Positions 10,062 through 20,413 of a DNA stretch of 64,000 nt are shown piece by piece. A program made the position numbers and the translations under genes. Positions within the stretch are counted from its first letter, which is position 1. The number at the start of each line of letters is the position of its first letter. The notes under the pieces are model-generated. The model saw only the letters and a list, made by a program, of their open reading frames with translations. It searched no databases and was not told where the DNA came from. Source of the stretch: an uncultured Pelagibacteraceae bacterium (GTDB taxonomy: Bacteria > Pseudomonadota > Alphaproteobacteria > Pelagibacterales > Pelagibacteraceae); NCBI GenBank assembly GCA_902583345.1, contig CACHVT010000004.1, forward strand, positions 16,162 through 80,161, in the 5' to 3' direction.

Positions 10062-11555
10062 TTAAGATAAAACAGGTATGGTAAACTCAGGACCAGCATT
10101 ATCTTCTACCCAAGTTACTGTAGCAGTCTTAAGTTTTGTATAAAACCTTACTCCATCCGGACCATGGATTGAATGATCTCCAAATAAAGATCTTTTCCAT
10201 CCACCAAAGCTATGGTAGGCAACAGGAACAGGTATAGGAACGTTAACACCAATCATACCAATTTTTGCGTTTTCTGTGAAATGTTTTGCAATATTTCCAC
10301 TTTTTGTAAAAACTGCAGCACCATTTCCTAGCTCGTGTTCATTGACTAGATTTAGAGCCTCTTCATATGTATTTGTTGTCATCATACTTAATACTGGTCC
10401 AAAAATTTCTTCTTTGTATATTTTCATCTCTGGCTTAACATCATCAAATATTGTTGGTCCAACAAAATATCCGTTTTCATAACCTTGTTTTTTAAAATTT
10501 CTTCCATCCGAAAGTAACTTTGCACCCTCCTTTTCTCCGCTATCAATGTAACCTAAAACTTTTTCATAATGAGGTTTACTACTTAGAGGACCAAAATCTG
10601 ATTTTTCATCTGTATAAGGCCCCACATTTAACTTAGATGTTTTTTCTAGTAAATTATTTTTAATCTTTTCATTTGTGTTTTTACCAACACAAACAGCTAC
10701 TGAAATTGCCATACATCTTTCGCCCGCAGATCCAAAAGCTGAACCAATTATTGCATCTGTTGTTTTGTCAACATCAGCATCTGGCATTATCACCATATGA
10801 TTTTTTGCTCCGCCCAATGCCTGTACTCTTTTATTATTTTTTGTACCATTATGGTATACATATTCTGCTATGGGCGTTGAGCCTACAAAGCTAATAGCTT
10901 GAACATTTTTATGTTCTAATAATGCGTCTACTGCTTCTTTATCTCCATTTACTAAATTCAAAACTCCAGCTGGAAATCCTGCTTCTAAAGCCAATTCTGC
11001 GAGTCTAACTGGACAGCTAGGATCTTTTTCTGATGGTTTTAATATAAAAGTATTCCCACAAGCTAAAGCCACTGGGTACATCCACATTGGAACCATAGCT
11101 GGAAAATTAAAAGGAGTAATTCCTGCACAAACACCAAGAGGTTGACGCAAGGTATGAGAGTCAACATTTGTGCCAACATTAGATGAATGTTCACCTTTCA
11201 GAGATGATGTTATACCTGTTACATATTCAACAACTTCAATTCCTCTTTGAATAGATCCTTTTGCATCTGGAATAGTTTTGCCATGCTGTTTGGAAACTAG
11301 TTCAGCTAACTCATCCATATTTTTTACTAATAATTCTTTATATTTTGTAAAAATTCTTGCTCTAGTAATAGGAGTAGTTTTAGACCATTTTAAAAAAGCT
11401 TTAGCGGAACTTTCGACTGCTAAATCTATAACTTCTTTACTTCCTAATTCGACTTCAGCTATTTGCTCACCTGTCGCAGGATTAAATACTTTACTTTTTC
11501 TTGAATCACTTTTTGTAAATTTTTTCCCATCGATAAAATGGCTTATTACTTCCAT
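10062..11555 (-). CDS. mmsA: CoA-acylating methylmalonate/malonate-semialdehyde dehydrogenase (MmsA/IolA/DddC family)
   Basis: ITPFNFPAMVPMW, KPSEKDP, FVGST, GAKNH, AGERCMA (catalytic Cys) and EEIFGPV. Confidence 0.93.
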   Translation of the reverse strand: MEVISHFIDGKKFTKSDSRKSKVFNPATGEQIAEVELGSKEVIDLAVESSAKAFLKWSKTTPITRARIFTKYKELLVKNMDELAELVSKQHGKTIPDAKGSIQRGIEVVEYVTGITSSLKGEHSSNVGTNVDSHTLRQPLGVCAGITPFNFPAMVPMWMYPVALACGNTFILKPSEKDPSCPVRLAELALEAGFPAGVLNLVNGDKEAVDALLEHKNVQAISFVGSTPIAEYVYHNGTKNNKRVQALGGAKNHMVIMPDADVDKTTDAIIGSAFGSAGERCMAISVAVCVGKNTNEKIKNNLLEKTSKLNVGPYTDEKSDFGPLSSKPHYEKVLGYIDSGEKEGAKLLSDGRNFKKQGYENGYFVGPTIFDDVKPEMKIYKEEIFGPVLSMMTTNTYEEALNLVNEHELGNGAAVFTKSGNIAKHFTENAKIGMIGVNVPIPVPVAYHSFGGWKRSLFGDHSIHGPDGVRFYTKLKTATVTWVEDNAGPEFTIPVLS

Positions 11556-11586
11556 AAAAGACCTTAAATTTTAATAATTTTTTAAA

Positions 11587-11595
11587 ATTATAGCA
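11587..11595 (-). promoter_or_regulatory. Extended -10 promoter element for mmsA
   Basis: Minus strand reads TGcTATAAT, a perfect TGnTATAAT, about 31 nt upstream of the start codon. Confidence 0.5.
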
Positions 11596-11691
11596 TGCGA
11601 TTTTTTACAAATCTACTGTTGACTCTGATTTTTACATGTACTTAAATTAGAAGATATTTTTTTATCGAGCTAAGGAGAGGATCTCAAAAAA

Positions 11692-12873
11692 ATGAGAGAC
11701 AACGTTAGAGTTTGTGTGCCTAGATACTTGCAAATTGGCAAAGGAAGTCTAAATCAGCTCCCAGAAATAATCAAAATATTAGGATCTATAAAATCATTGT
11801 TAATTGTTACCGATAAACAGATGGTTCATTTTGGATATGTTAAAAAATTACAAGACGTTTTAAATAAGGCGGGTTTAAAATCCAATGTGTTTGAGGATAC
11901 AATTCCAGATCCTACCGACAAAGTTGTTTTAAATGGTGTTGAAGTTTTACAAAAAAATAAAAATGACGCTGTTATAGGTTTTGGGGGTGGTAGCCCAATA
12001 GATACAGCTAAAGCCATCGCTGTTCTTTCTCAGTATAGTAAAGATATTCAAGATTATAAACCACCTGGGACTTTTGATAAAAAAGGTCTACCAATTATTG
12101 CTATACCTACAACAGCAGGAACGGGTTCAGAAGTTACTCACCATTCAGTTATTATAGATACAAAAACTAATAATCTTGAAAAAATTTCATGTAGAGGTGA
12201 AGGTTTTGTACCGATAGTTTCAATAATAGATTACGAATTAACTTTATCTAAGCCTAGAAGATTAACAATTGATAGTGCGATTGATACCTTAACACATGGA
12301 ATAGAAGCATATGTAAGTAAAAAGGCAACTTTATTTTCAGACAGAATGGCTCTTGATACAATAAGACTTGTTACTGAAAATATATATGCAGTCGATAAAA
12401 ATCCTAAAGATATAAAAGCAAGGGAAGGTTTGATGCTAGCAGCTACCTTGGGAGGATTAGCTTTTTCAAATGCATCAATATGTCTTGTTCATGGAATGAG
12501 TAGACCGTTAGGAAGTAATTTTAAAGTTCCACATGGTTTAAGTAATGCAATGTTATTACCTACTATTACAGAATTTTCAGTAGATCATGCTAAAAGTCGT
12601 TATGCTGATTGTAGCAGAGCAGGAAGATTTGCTTCAGTAGACGATGATGATGAAATTGCGTGTAAAAAGCTGTTACAAGGACTCTATAAAATTAATAAGG
12701 ATTTTGAAGTACCATCTATGAAAAATTTTGGAATAGATCAGAAAAATTTTGAGGACCAGTTAGAAAATATGGCAACAGATGCTGAAATATCTGGCGCACC
12801 TGGCCTTAATCCAAGAGTGCCATCTGTAAAAGAAATGATTAATCTTTATGGAGAAGCATGGAGAGCATTTTAA
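11692..12873 (+). CDS. Iron-containing (group III) alcohol dehydrogenase
   Basis: GGGSPIDTAK and PTTAGTGSE, plus metal ligands in DTLTH, VHGMSRP and PHG. Strong SD (AAGGAGAGG) upstream. Confidence 0.92.
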   Translation: MRDNVRVCVPRYLQIGKGSLNQLPEIIKILGSIKSLLIVTDKQMVHFGYVKKLQDVLNKAGLKSNVFEDTIPDPTDKVVLNGVEVLQKNKNDAVIGFGGGSPIDTAKAIAVLSQYSKDIQDYKPPGTFDKKGLPIIAIPTTAGTGSEVTHHSVIIDTKTNNLEKISCRGEGFVPIVSIIDYELTLSKPRRLTIDSAIDTLTHGIEAYVSKKATLFSDRMALDTIRLVTENIYAVDKNPKDIKAREGLMLAATLGGLAFSNASICLVHGMSRPLGSNFKVPHGLSNAMLLPTITEFSVDHAKSRYADCSRAGRFASVDDDDEIACKKLLQGLYKINKDFEVPSMKNFGIDQKNFEDQLENMATDAEISGAPGLNPRVPSVKEMINLYGEAWRAF

Positions 12874-12939
12874 GTTAGAGTTGGGATGTTCTTCTATTTA
12901 TTAACTAACAACTCTTAAAATAATAAAGAGAGGGAAATA

Positions 12940-14004
12940 ATGAAAAAACTAATGAAAACATCTGTTAGTCTTTTTGCTGTTTTTGCTTTGATGATTTCTT
13001 TTTCATTTCAGCAAGTAAGTGCAGCAGAAAAGATTAGATGGAAAGTACAATCTACTTTTAATACTGGTTGGCCTGCTCTAGGAGATCCTGTTGCACGTTT
13101 ATCAGATACACTAGATAGAGCGACTGATGGTAGAATCAAATTAAAGGTTTATGAGCCTGGAAAAATTCTTCCACCTTTAGAAATTTCACCTTCAATAAGC
13201 AAAGGTGATTTACCAGCAGCTTACAACTACATGGCCTATGACCAAGGAAGAATTCCAGCAGCAGTACTATTTGCAGCTGTACCATTTGGAATGGAACCTT
13301 GGGAATATGCAGCTTGGTGGTTTGAAGGAGAAGGCGCAAAACTAGCTAATGAAATTTACAATAAACAAAATATACAAGTTTTATTGTGTAGTACAATTGG
13401 ACCTGAAACAGCTGGTTGGTATAGAAATCCTATAACTAGCTTAGCAGATCTTAAAGGTTTAAAAATTCGTTTCTCTGGTTTAGGAGGAATGGTTTTAAAT
13501 GAAATAGGTGCGTCTGCAACTTTGATGGCAGGAGGAGAAATTTTTGCAGCTCTAGAAAAAGGAACTCTAGACGCAACTGAATATTCTATGCCTGCAATTG
13601 ATGAGGTTTTAGGTTTTCATAAAATAACCAAGTTTAACCTGTTTCCAGGTTGGCACCAAGTATCAACATCTACCCATTTCATGATCAATTTAGATTTATG
13701 GAAAAAAATGGGAGCAGCTGACCAAGCTTTATTCGAAATGGCTTGTACAGCAGCGGCTATGAGAGCAATAACAACTGGTGAATATTTACAAGGTAAGCAA
13801 ATTCAAAGTTTTCCTGGTAAAGGCGTAACAGCTGCTAGATTGCCTGATAGTGTATTGAGAGAACTTCAAAAAGTAAGCGCAAGAGTTATGAAAGAAGAAT
13901 CTGCAAAAGATGCTGACTTTAAAAGAGTATGGGAATCTCAACAAGCATTCATGAAAGAGTATGATGTTTGGCAAAAATGGGGATATTTACCAAGAAACTT
14001 TTAG
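12940..14004 (+). CDS. dctP: TRAP transporter substrate-binding protein (TakP/monocarboxylate type)
   Basis: Sec signal peptide, conserved Arg in LKIRFSG, GGEIF..LEKG.LDATE and PGWHQ. Confidence 0.9.
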   Translation: MKKLMKTSVSLFAVFALMISFSFQQVSAAEKIRWKVQSTFNTGWPALGDPVARLSDTLDRATDGRIKLKVYEPGKILPPLEISPSISKGDLPAAYNYMAYDQGRIPAAVLFAAVPFGMEPWEYAAWWFEGEGAKLANEIYNKQNIQVLLCSTIGPETAGWYRNPITSLADLKGLKIRFSGLGGMVLNEIGASATLMAGGEIFAALEKGTLDATEYSMPAIDEVLGFHKITKFNLFPGWHQVSTSTHFMINLDLWKKMGAADQALFEMACTAAAMRAITTGEYLQGKQIQSFPGKGVTAARLPDSVLRELQKVSARVMKEESAKDADFKRVWESQQAFMKEYDVWQKWGYLPRNF

Positions 14005-14032
14005 TATTTAATACTGAAAATTTGATTATAAT

Positions 14033-14070
14033 AATAAAAGCGGCCGGTTTCACCGGCTGCTTTTATTTTT
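14033..14070 (+). terminator. GC-rich hairpin with U-tract between dctP and dctQ
   Basis: AATAAAAGCGGCCGGT-ttc-ACCGGCTGCTTTTATT (one G-U pair), followed by Ts. Confidence 0.8.
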
Positions 14071-14084
14071 AAAGAAAGAAATTT

Positions 14085-14654
14085 ATGTCTAATGATTTTG
14101 CTAAAGTTGGAAGTTCACTTGATAAAAAACTTCAACTTAGACATTTGCCTATTACAAAGGCCATAGATAATTTTGTACTACGTATTGGCGAGGTTTTTAA
14201 TTGGCTGTGGGTGATACTTGTAGCTGTTATAATTTTAAACGTAGTTTTAAGATATGTTTTTAAAAATGGAATGATTGAGTTAGAAGAATTACAATGGCAT
14301 CTTTATTGTATTGGGTGGCTAGTAGGTCTTTCTTCTACATATATAGTTGATTCACATGTAAGAGTAGATGTTTTAAGTGAGCGGCTAAGTTATAGAAAAA
14401 AATTATGGTTTGAATTATTTGGGATTCTAATATTATTTTTACCATTTGTAATTCTTGTTCTTTATTATGCGGTCCCTTTTTTTGAACTATCATGGACTAC
14501 GAGTGAAAGATCAACATCTGCAAATGGTCTGCCTGCTAGATGGTTTGTTAAAGGTTTCTTAGTCATTAGTTTTTTCTTATTACTTATCTCTGGAATATCA
14601 AGAATAACAAGAATCATTGCAACGATTCGATTTGGGCTAGAGTACAAAAAATGA
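14085..14654 (+). CDS. dctQ: TRAP transporter small permease
   Basis: Four TM segments, ELQWHLY and HVRVD motifs. Confidence 0.92.
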   Translation: MSNDFAKVGSSLDKKLQLRHLPITKAIDNFVLRIGEVFNWLWVILVAVIILNVVLRYVFKNGMIELEELQWHLYCIGWLVGLSSTYIVDSHVRVDVLSERLSYRKKLWFELFGILILFLPFVILVLYYAVPFFELSWTTSERSTSANGLPARWFVKGFLVISFFLLLISGISRITRIIATIRFGLEYKK

Positions 14655-16015
14655 TTTCATTAGTTACAGAATATTTTTTAGCAATTGCTCTCTTTTTTAG
14701 TTTTATAACACTAATTTTTTACGGATTTCCAGTTGCTTGGACTATGGGCGGTTTAGGAGTTCTTTTTATATTTATTTCAATGCTTTCTGATAGTTTATTT
14801 GACACTTTTTATGGTGTTGACTTTGGATTTGCTTCAATGGTTGTTTATAGGCTTTATGGAGTTATGGCAAATTGGGTTCTTGTTGCATTACCGATGTTTA
14901 TTTTTATGGGCATAATGATGGATAAATCTGGTATAGCAGAGGATTTAATGACTGACTTGTCGAAGTTATTTGGCAAAACAAGAGGCGGACTTGCAATATC
15001 AATTGTATTTATAGGAGTTTTGCTTGCAGCCTCAACAGGAATTATTGGTGCTGCAGTAGTATTGTTAACAATTTTGGGCGTACCTCTCATGCTAAAAAAT
15101 AAATACAATCCAAATTTAGCATGTGGAGTAGTTTGTGCTACTGGAACATTAGGTATTTTGATACCACCTAGCATCATGCTTGTAATAATGGGAGACCAAG
15201 TAAGAATATCTGTTGGTGATTTATTTATGGGAGCAGTTTTTCCAGGACTTTTATTAGGTTTATTGTATACAATTTTTATTGTTGTTTACGCCTATATGAA
15301 TCCAAAAGCTGCACCTCTTCCAAAAGATGCTGAACCAGTAGATTTAAAAATAATTTTAAGAGTCTTGAAATCTATAATTCCACCTGCTTTATTAATTGTT
15401 GCAGTTTTAGGCAGTATATTCATGGGTATAGCAACTCCAACTGAAGCATCAGGAGTTGGAGCTTTAGGCGCTTCCCTATTAGCTATACTTAGAGGAAGGT
15501 TGTCCTTTTCAGATTTAAAGCATGTAATAAGAAAAACTACTCATACAACTGCATATATTTTTGCACTTTTTGTAGGTGCAACTATGTTTGCATTAATTTT
15601 AAGAGGTTTGGGCGGCGATGAACTAATAGAAGGAGCCCTTAAAGCTTTACCATTTGGCACAAATGGAGTTGTAATAGTTGTTCTCGTAGTTGCGTTTTTA
15701 TTGGGATTCTTTTTAGATTGGATAGAAATTACTTTAATTATCTTACCGTTTTTAGCACCAGTTATGGTTGATCTCGGAGTGGACTTAGTTTGGTTTATAG
15801 TAATGTTTGCAGTTGTTTTGCAAACTTCTTTTATAACCCCACCAGTCGGATTTGCTTTATTTTATATGAAAGGTGTTGCGCCACAAGGGATAACAATAAC
15901 AAATATTTACAAGGGAATAATTCCATTTGTAATTCTTCAAGTCGTAGCAGTTGCTATTGTATTTAATTTTCCCGAAATAGTAACTTGGTTGCCTAAAGCA
16001 GCTTATGGCCCATAA
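14651..16015 (+). CDS. dctM: TRAP transporter large permease
   Basis: ALPMFIFMG, GTLGILIPPS, ATPTEA and TSFITPPVG motifs. Confidence 0.94.
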   Translation: MISLVTEYFLAIALFFSFITLIFYGFPVAWTMGGLGVLFIFISMLSDSLFDTFYGVDFGFASMVVYRLYGVMANWVLVALPMFIFMGIMMDKSGIAEDLMTDLSKLFGKTRGGLAISIVFIGVLLAASTGIIGAAVVLLTILGVPLMLKNKYNPNLACGVVCATGTLGILIPPSIMLVIMGDQVRISVGDLFMGAVFPGLLLGLLYTIFIVVYAYMNPKAAPLPKDAEPVDLKIILRVLKSIIPPALLIVAVLGSIFMGIATPTEASGVGALGASLLAILRGRLSFSDLKHVIRKTTHTTAYIFALFVGATMFALILRGLGGDELIEGALKALPFGTNGVVIVVLVVAFLLGFFLDWIEITLIILPFLAPVMVDLGVDLVWFIVMFAVVLQTSFITPPVGFALFYMKGVAPQGITITNIYKGIIPFVILQVVAVAIVFNFPEIVTWLPKAAYGP

Positions 16016-16032
16016 AACAGATATTCAATATC

Positions 16033-16476
16033 ATGAAAAAAATAAATTTTTTTATAGTTATCATGGGTATGCTGAGTCTAACAAATTTTGCTAAAGCAGA
16101 ACTTAATATTTCTTTAAAAAAATATTTAGATGAAAAAAATGTAGAGAATAGCTCAACTCAAATTTATTTGTTGAAAAGATGTAGTGCAATTTATGCGTAT
16201 GCATCTGGAATAGTCCTTAGGTCTGATTCGATATCTTCAAAAAATTTTATAGAAATTTCAAACAATTTATTATTTAAATCTGTAGAATTAATGGTTATTG
16301 ATGAAAGTAAAAAGCTTGAGACGGCACAAAAGGAGGCAGAGAAAGATAGAAAAGATTTTTTCAGTAATTATATAGTTGATGGCAAAAAAAATTGGGAAAA
16401 AAACAAATCTTACTTCAAAGGTTCATATATATCTGAAGATATGGCTATCTGTTCAAAACTAACTGAAGAAAATTAA
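16033..16476 (+). CDS. Hypothetical exported protein
   Basis: 147-aa ORF with signal peptide (AKA cleavage site) and two Cys; no family recognised. Confidence 0.7.
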   Translation: MKKINFFIVIMGMLSLTNFAKAELNISLKKYLDEKNVENSSTQIYLLKRCSAIYAYASGIVLRSDSISSKNFIEISNNLLFKSVELMVIDESKKLETAQKEAEKDRKDFFSNYIVDGKKNWEKNKSYFKGSYISEDMAICSKLTEEN

Positions 16477-16480
16477 AAAG

Positions 16481-17290
16481 ATGTTTAAAAAAATATTCCG
16501 AATTTATCAAGAGGATTCTTTTGGAGGAATTAAAAGACGTTTATTAATTCGTTTTTGGTTAATTAAATTTATAATTTTAAAATTTTTTAAAAAGCAAATT
16601 GTCAATACTTATTATGGTGTTAAGCTTAATTCAAATTATGATGATGCTACTTTTAGGTTCTATATGACTGGTTTTTACGGCGATGATTATTGGAAACATA
16701 TTACTGATAAAAATCAGCCATTTATCTTTCTAGATATAGGAGCAAATCAGGGTTTGTATACCCTTTGTGCAGGAATGAATAAAAATTGTATCGCTTGTTT
16801 TTCTTTCGAACCAGTTGGGAGAACTTTTTCTTTACTTAAAAAGAATGTTATTATTAATGATCTTTCAACCAAATGTCATTTATTCAATAAGGCTATTTCA
16901 AACAAAAGTGGACAATGTGAAATCTCAATTAAGGCTAATCATTCTGGCGCTGCATCAATGTGTTCAGGAAATGATTTGACTAAAGATGCTAATAATAATA
17001 TTGAGTTAGTAGAAGCAATTTCTTACATCGAACTTGACAGTTTGATTAGTAATAAAGATAAAGTAGAGCTTATAGTTAAGATTGATGTTGAAGGATTTGA
17101 AATGAATGTCGTTAAAGAGCTTTTTAAAACTCAAATGGCAAAAGATATTTCCGAAATATACTTTGAAGTAAATGAAAGATGGGTTAATTATAATGATATC
17201 GAGGTTTTGCTTAAATCAAATGGCTATAAATTTTTTTCTAAAACATCAACAAATACAAAGTATTATGACGTTTATGCTAGTAAAAATTAA
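16481..17290 (+). CDS. FkbM-family SAM-dependent methyltransferase
   Basis: FLDIGANQG, FEP and KIDVEGFE motifs. Confidence 0.9.
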   Translation: MFKKIFRIYQEDSFGGIKRRLLIRFWLIKFIILKFFKKQIVNTYYGVKLNSNYDDATFRFYMTGFYGDDYWKHITDKNQPFIFLDIGANQGLYTLCAGMNKNCIACFSFEPVGRTFSLLKKNVIINDLSTKCHLFNKAISNKSGQCEISIKANHSGAASMCSGNDLTKDANNNIELVEAISYIELDSLISNKDKVELIVKIDVEGFEMNVVKELFKTQMAKDISEIYFEVNERWVNYNDIEVLLKSNGYKFFSKTSTNTKYYDVYASKN

Positions 17291-17358
17291 AATATTTTTA
17301 GGATTTTTGATTATTTACAAAAAAGTTTTTATATTGAATAATTATTAGTTATTAATAA

Positions 17359-18338
<980 letters not shown>

Positions 18339-18339
<1 letters not shown>

Positions 18340-19499
18340 TGAATATTCACGAATACCAAGCTAAAGAAATCTTAAAGAAATATGGAGTAACTGTACCAAA
18401 TGGGGTCTTTGGTCTAACGGTAGAAGAGTTAATTGAAAAATCAAAATCGTTAAATACTAAAAAGTATATTCTTAAAGCACAAATTCATGCAGGCGGGAGG
18501 GGTAAAGCAGGAGGTGTAAAAATACTTAATAGTATAACAGAATTAACTGAAGCTTCTAAAGAAATGATGGGTAAGAAAATTATTACTCATCAAACTGGAC
18601 CAGAAGGCAAAATTGTTAAAAGATTATATGTAGAAGAATCTTCTAATATAAAAAAAGAATTTTATTTATCTTGTTTAGTTGATAGGGCAAGTTCAAAAGT
18701 TGCATTTATTTCAAGCGATCAAGGTGGGATAGATATAGAAGATGTTGCAAAAAAAAATCCAGAAAAAATTATTACAACAAAAATTAATTATTCTGAAGAA
18801 GTTTCAGACCAAGATTGTGAAAAAATAATAAATATATTTTGTTTAGAAGAAAAAATAAAAGTTCAAGGAAAAAATTTAATTAAAGCAATTTACAAAATGT
18901 TTATAAGTACAGATGCCAGCATGGTTGAGATTAACCCTTTAATTTTGACTAAAGAGGGAAACATCATTTGTTTAGATGCTAAAGTCAATTTTGATGATAA
19001 TGCTTTGTTTAAGCATCCTGACATAGCTCAACTTAGAGACTTAAGCGAAGAAGATCCAATTGAAATAGAAGCAAGAAAACATGATTTATCTTATATTAAA
19101 TTAGATGGAAGCATAGGATGTATGGTTAATGGTGCTGGTTTAGCTATGGCTACAATGGATATTATTAAACTTTACGGAGAAGAACCTGCTAACTTTTTAG
19201 ATGTTGGAGGTGGAGCCTCTAAAGAAAAAGTTACTGAGGCACTAAAATTAATTCTCTCAGATAAAAATGTAAAGGGAATTTTAATTAATATATTTGGAGG
19301 AATTATGAGATGTGATGTCCTTGCGCAAGGAGTAGTAAATGCAGCAAAAGATATGGATATTAATGTTCCTTTAGTAGTCAGATTAGCAGGAACAAATTTT
19401 AAAGAAGGAAAAAAAATATTAGATAGTTCTGGATTAAAATTAATTTCGGCTGAAAATTTAGATGATGCAGCAAAAAAAATAGTGGGAGCTATAAAGTAA
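18339..19499 (+). CDS. sucC: Succinyl-CoA synthetase beta subunit
   Basis: [27 protein letters not shown] and NIFGGI. Confidence 0.98.
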
Positions 19500-19500
19500 A

Positions 19501-20376
19501 ATGTCAATATTAGTTGATAAAAATACAAAAGTAATTTGCCAAGGTTTTACAGGATCTCATGGCACATTCCATTCTGAACAAGCAATTAAATATGGAACAA
19601 ATTTGGTAGGTGGTGTTACCCCAAAAAAAGGAGGACAAATACATCTTGATCGGCCCGTTTTTAATACCGTTGAAGAAGCAAAAAAAGAAACTGGTGCTAA
19701 TGCAAGCATGATTTATGTTCCAGCTAAATTTGCAGCCTCAGCTATAATTGAAGCAATTGAATCTTCTATAGAAATCATAGTTTGCGTTACTGAAGGAATA
19801 CCAGTTCAAGATATGCTTAGAGTTAAGTTTAAATTAATGAATTCAAAAAGTAGATTAATAGGACCTAATTGCCCAGGAATAATTACTCCTGGCGAATGTA
19901 AAATTGGAATTATGCCTGGTATTATTCATAAGAAAGGTAACGTTGGAATTGTATCAAGATCTGGTACTTTAACTTATGAAGCGGTTGCTCAGACTACAGA
20001 AAATGGGTTAGGTCAATCATCGTGTATTGGAATCGGTGGAGATCCAATAAACGGAACAAGTTTTATTGATTGTTTAGATTTATTTTTAAAGGATGATGAA
20101 ACTAAATCAATTTTGATGATCGGAGAAATAGGTGGAACATCAGAGGAAGAAGCTTCTGAATTTCTTAAAAAACATAAAGTTAAAAAACCAATAGTTGGTT
20201 TTATTGCAGGAATTACTGCCCCACCAGGAAGAAGAATGGGTCATGCTGGAGCCATTATCTCAGGAGGTAAAGGAACAGCTCAAGACAAAATAAATAAGAT
20301 GAAGGAATGTGGAATTACAATCGCAAAATCACCTGCAGAAATAGGCAAAACGTTATTAAAAAAATTGTCTAATTGA
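19501..20376 (+). CDS. sucD: Succinyl-CoA synthetase alpha subunit
   Basis: [20 protein letters not shown] and RMGHAGA. Confidence 0.98.
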   Translation: MSILVDKNTKVICQGFTGSHGTFHSEQAIKYGTNLVGGVTPKKGGQIHLDRPVFNTVEEAKKETGANASMIYVPAKFAASAIIEAIESSIEIIVCVTEGIPVQDMLRVKFKLMNSKSRLIGPNCPGIITPGECKIGIMPGIIHKKGNVGIVSRSGTLTYEAVAQTTENGLGQSSCIGIGGDPINGTSFIDCLDLFLKDDETKSILMIGEIGGTSEEEASEFLKKHKVKKPIVGFIAGITAPPGRRMGHAGAIISGGKGTAQDKINKMKECGITIAKSPAEIGKTLLKKLSN

Positions 20377-20413
20377 AAAACTTATTTCAGATAATATAAT
20401 ACAATATAAATTA

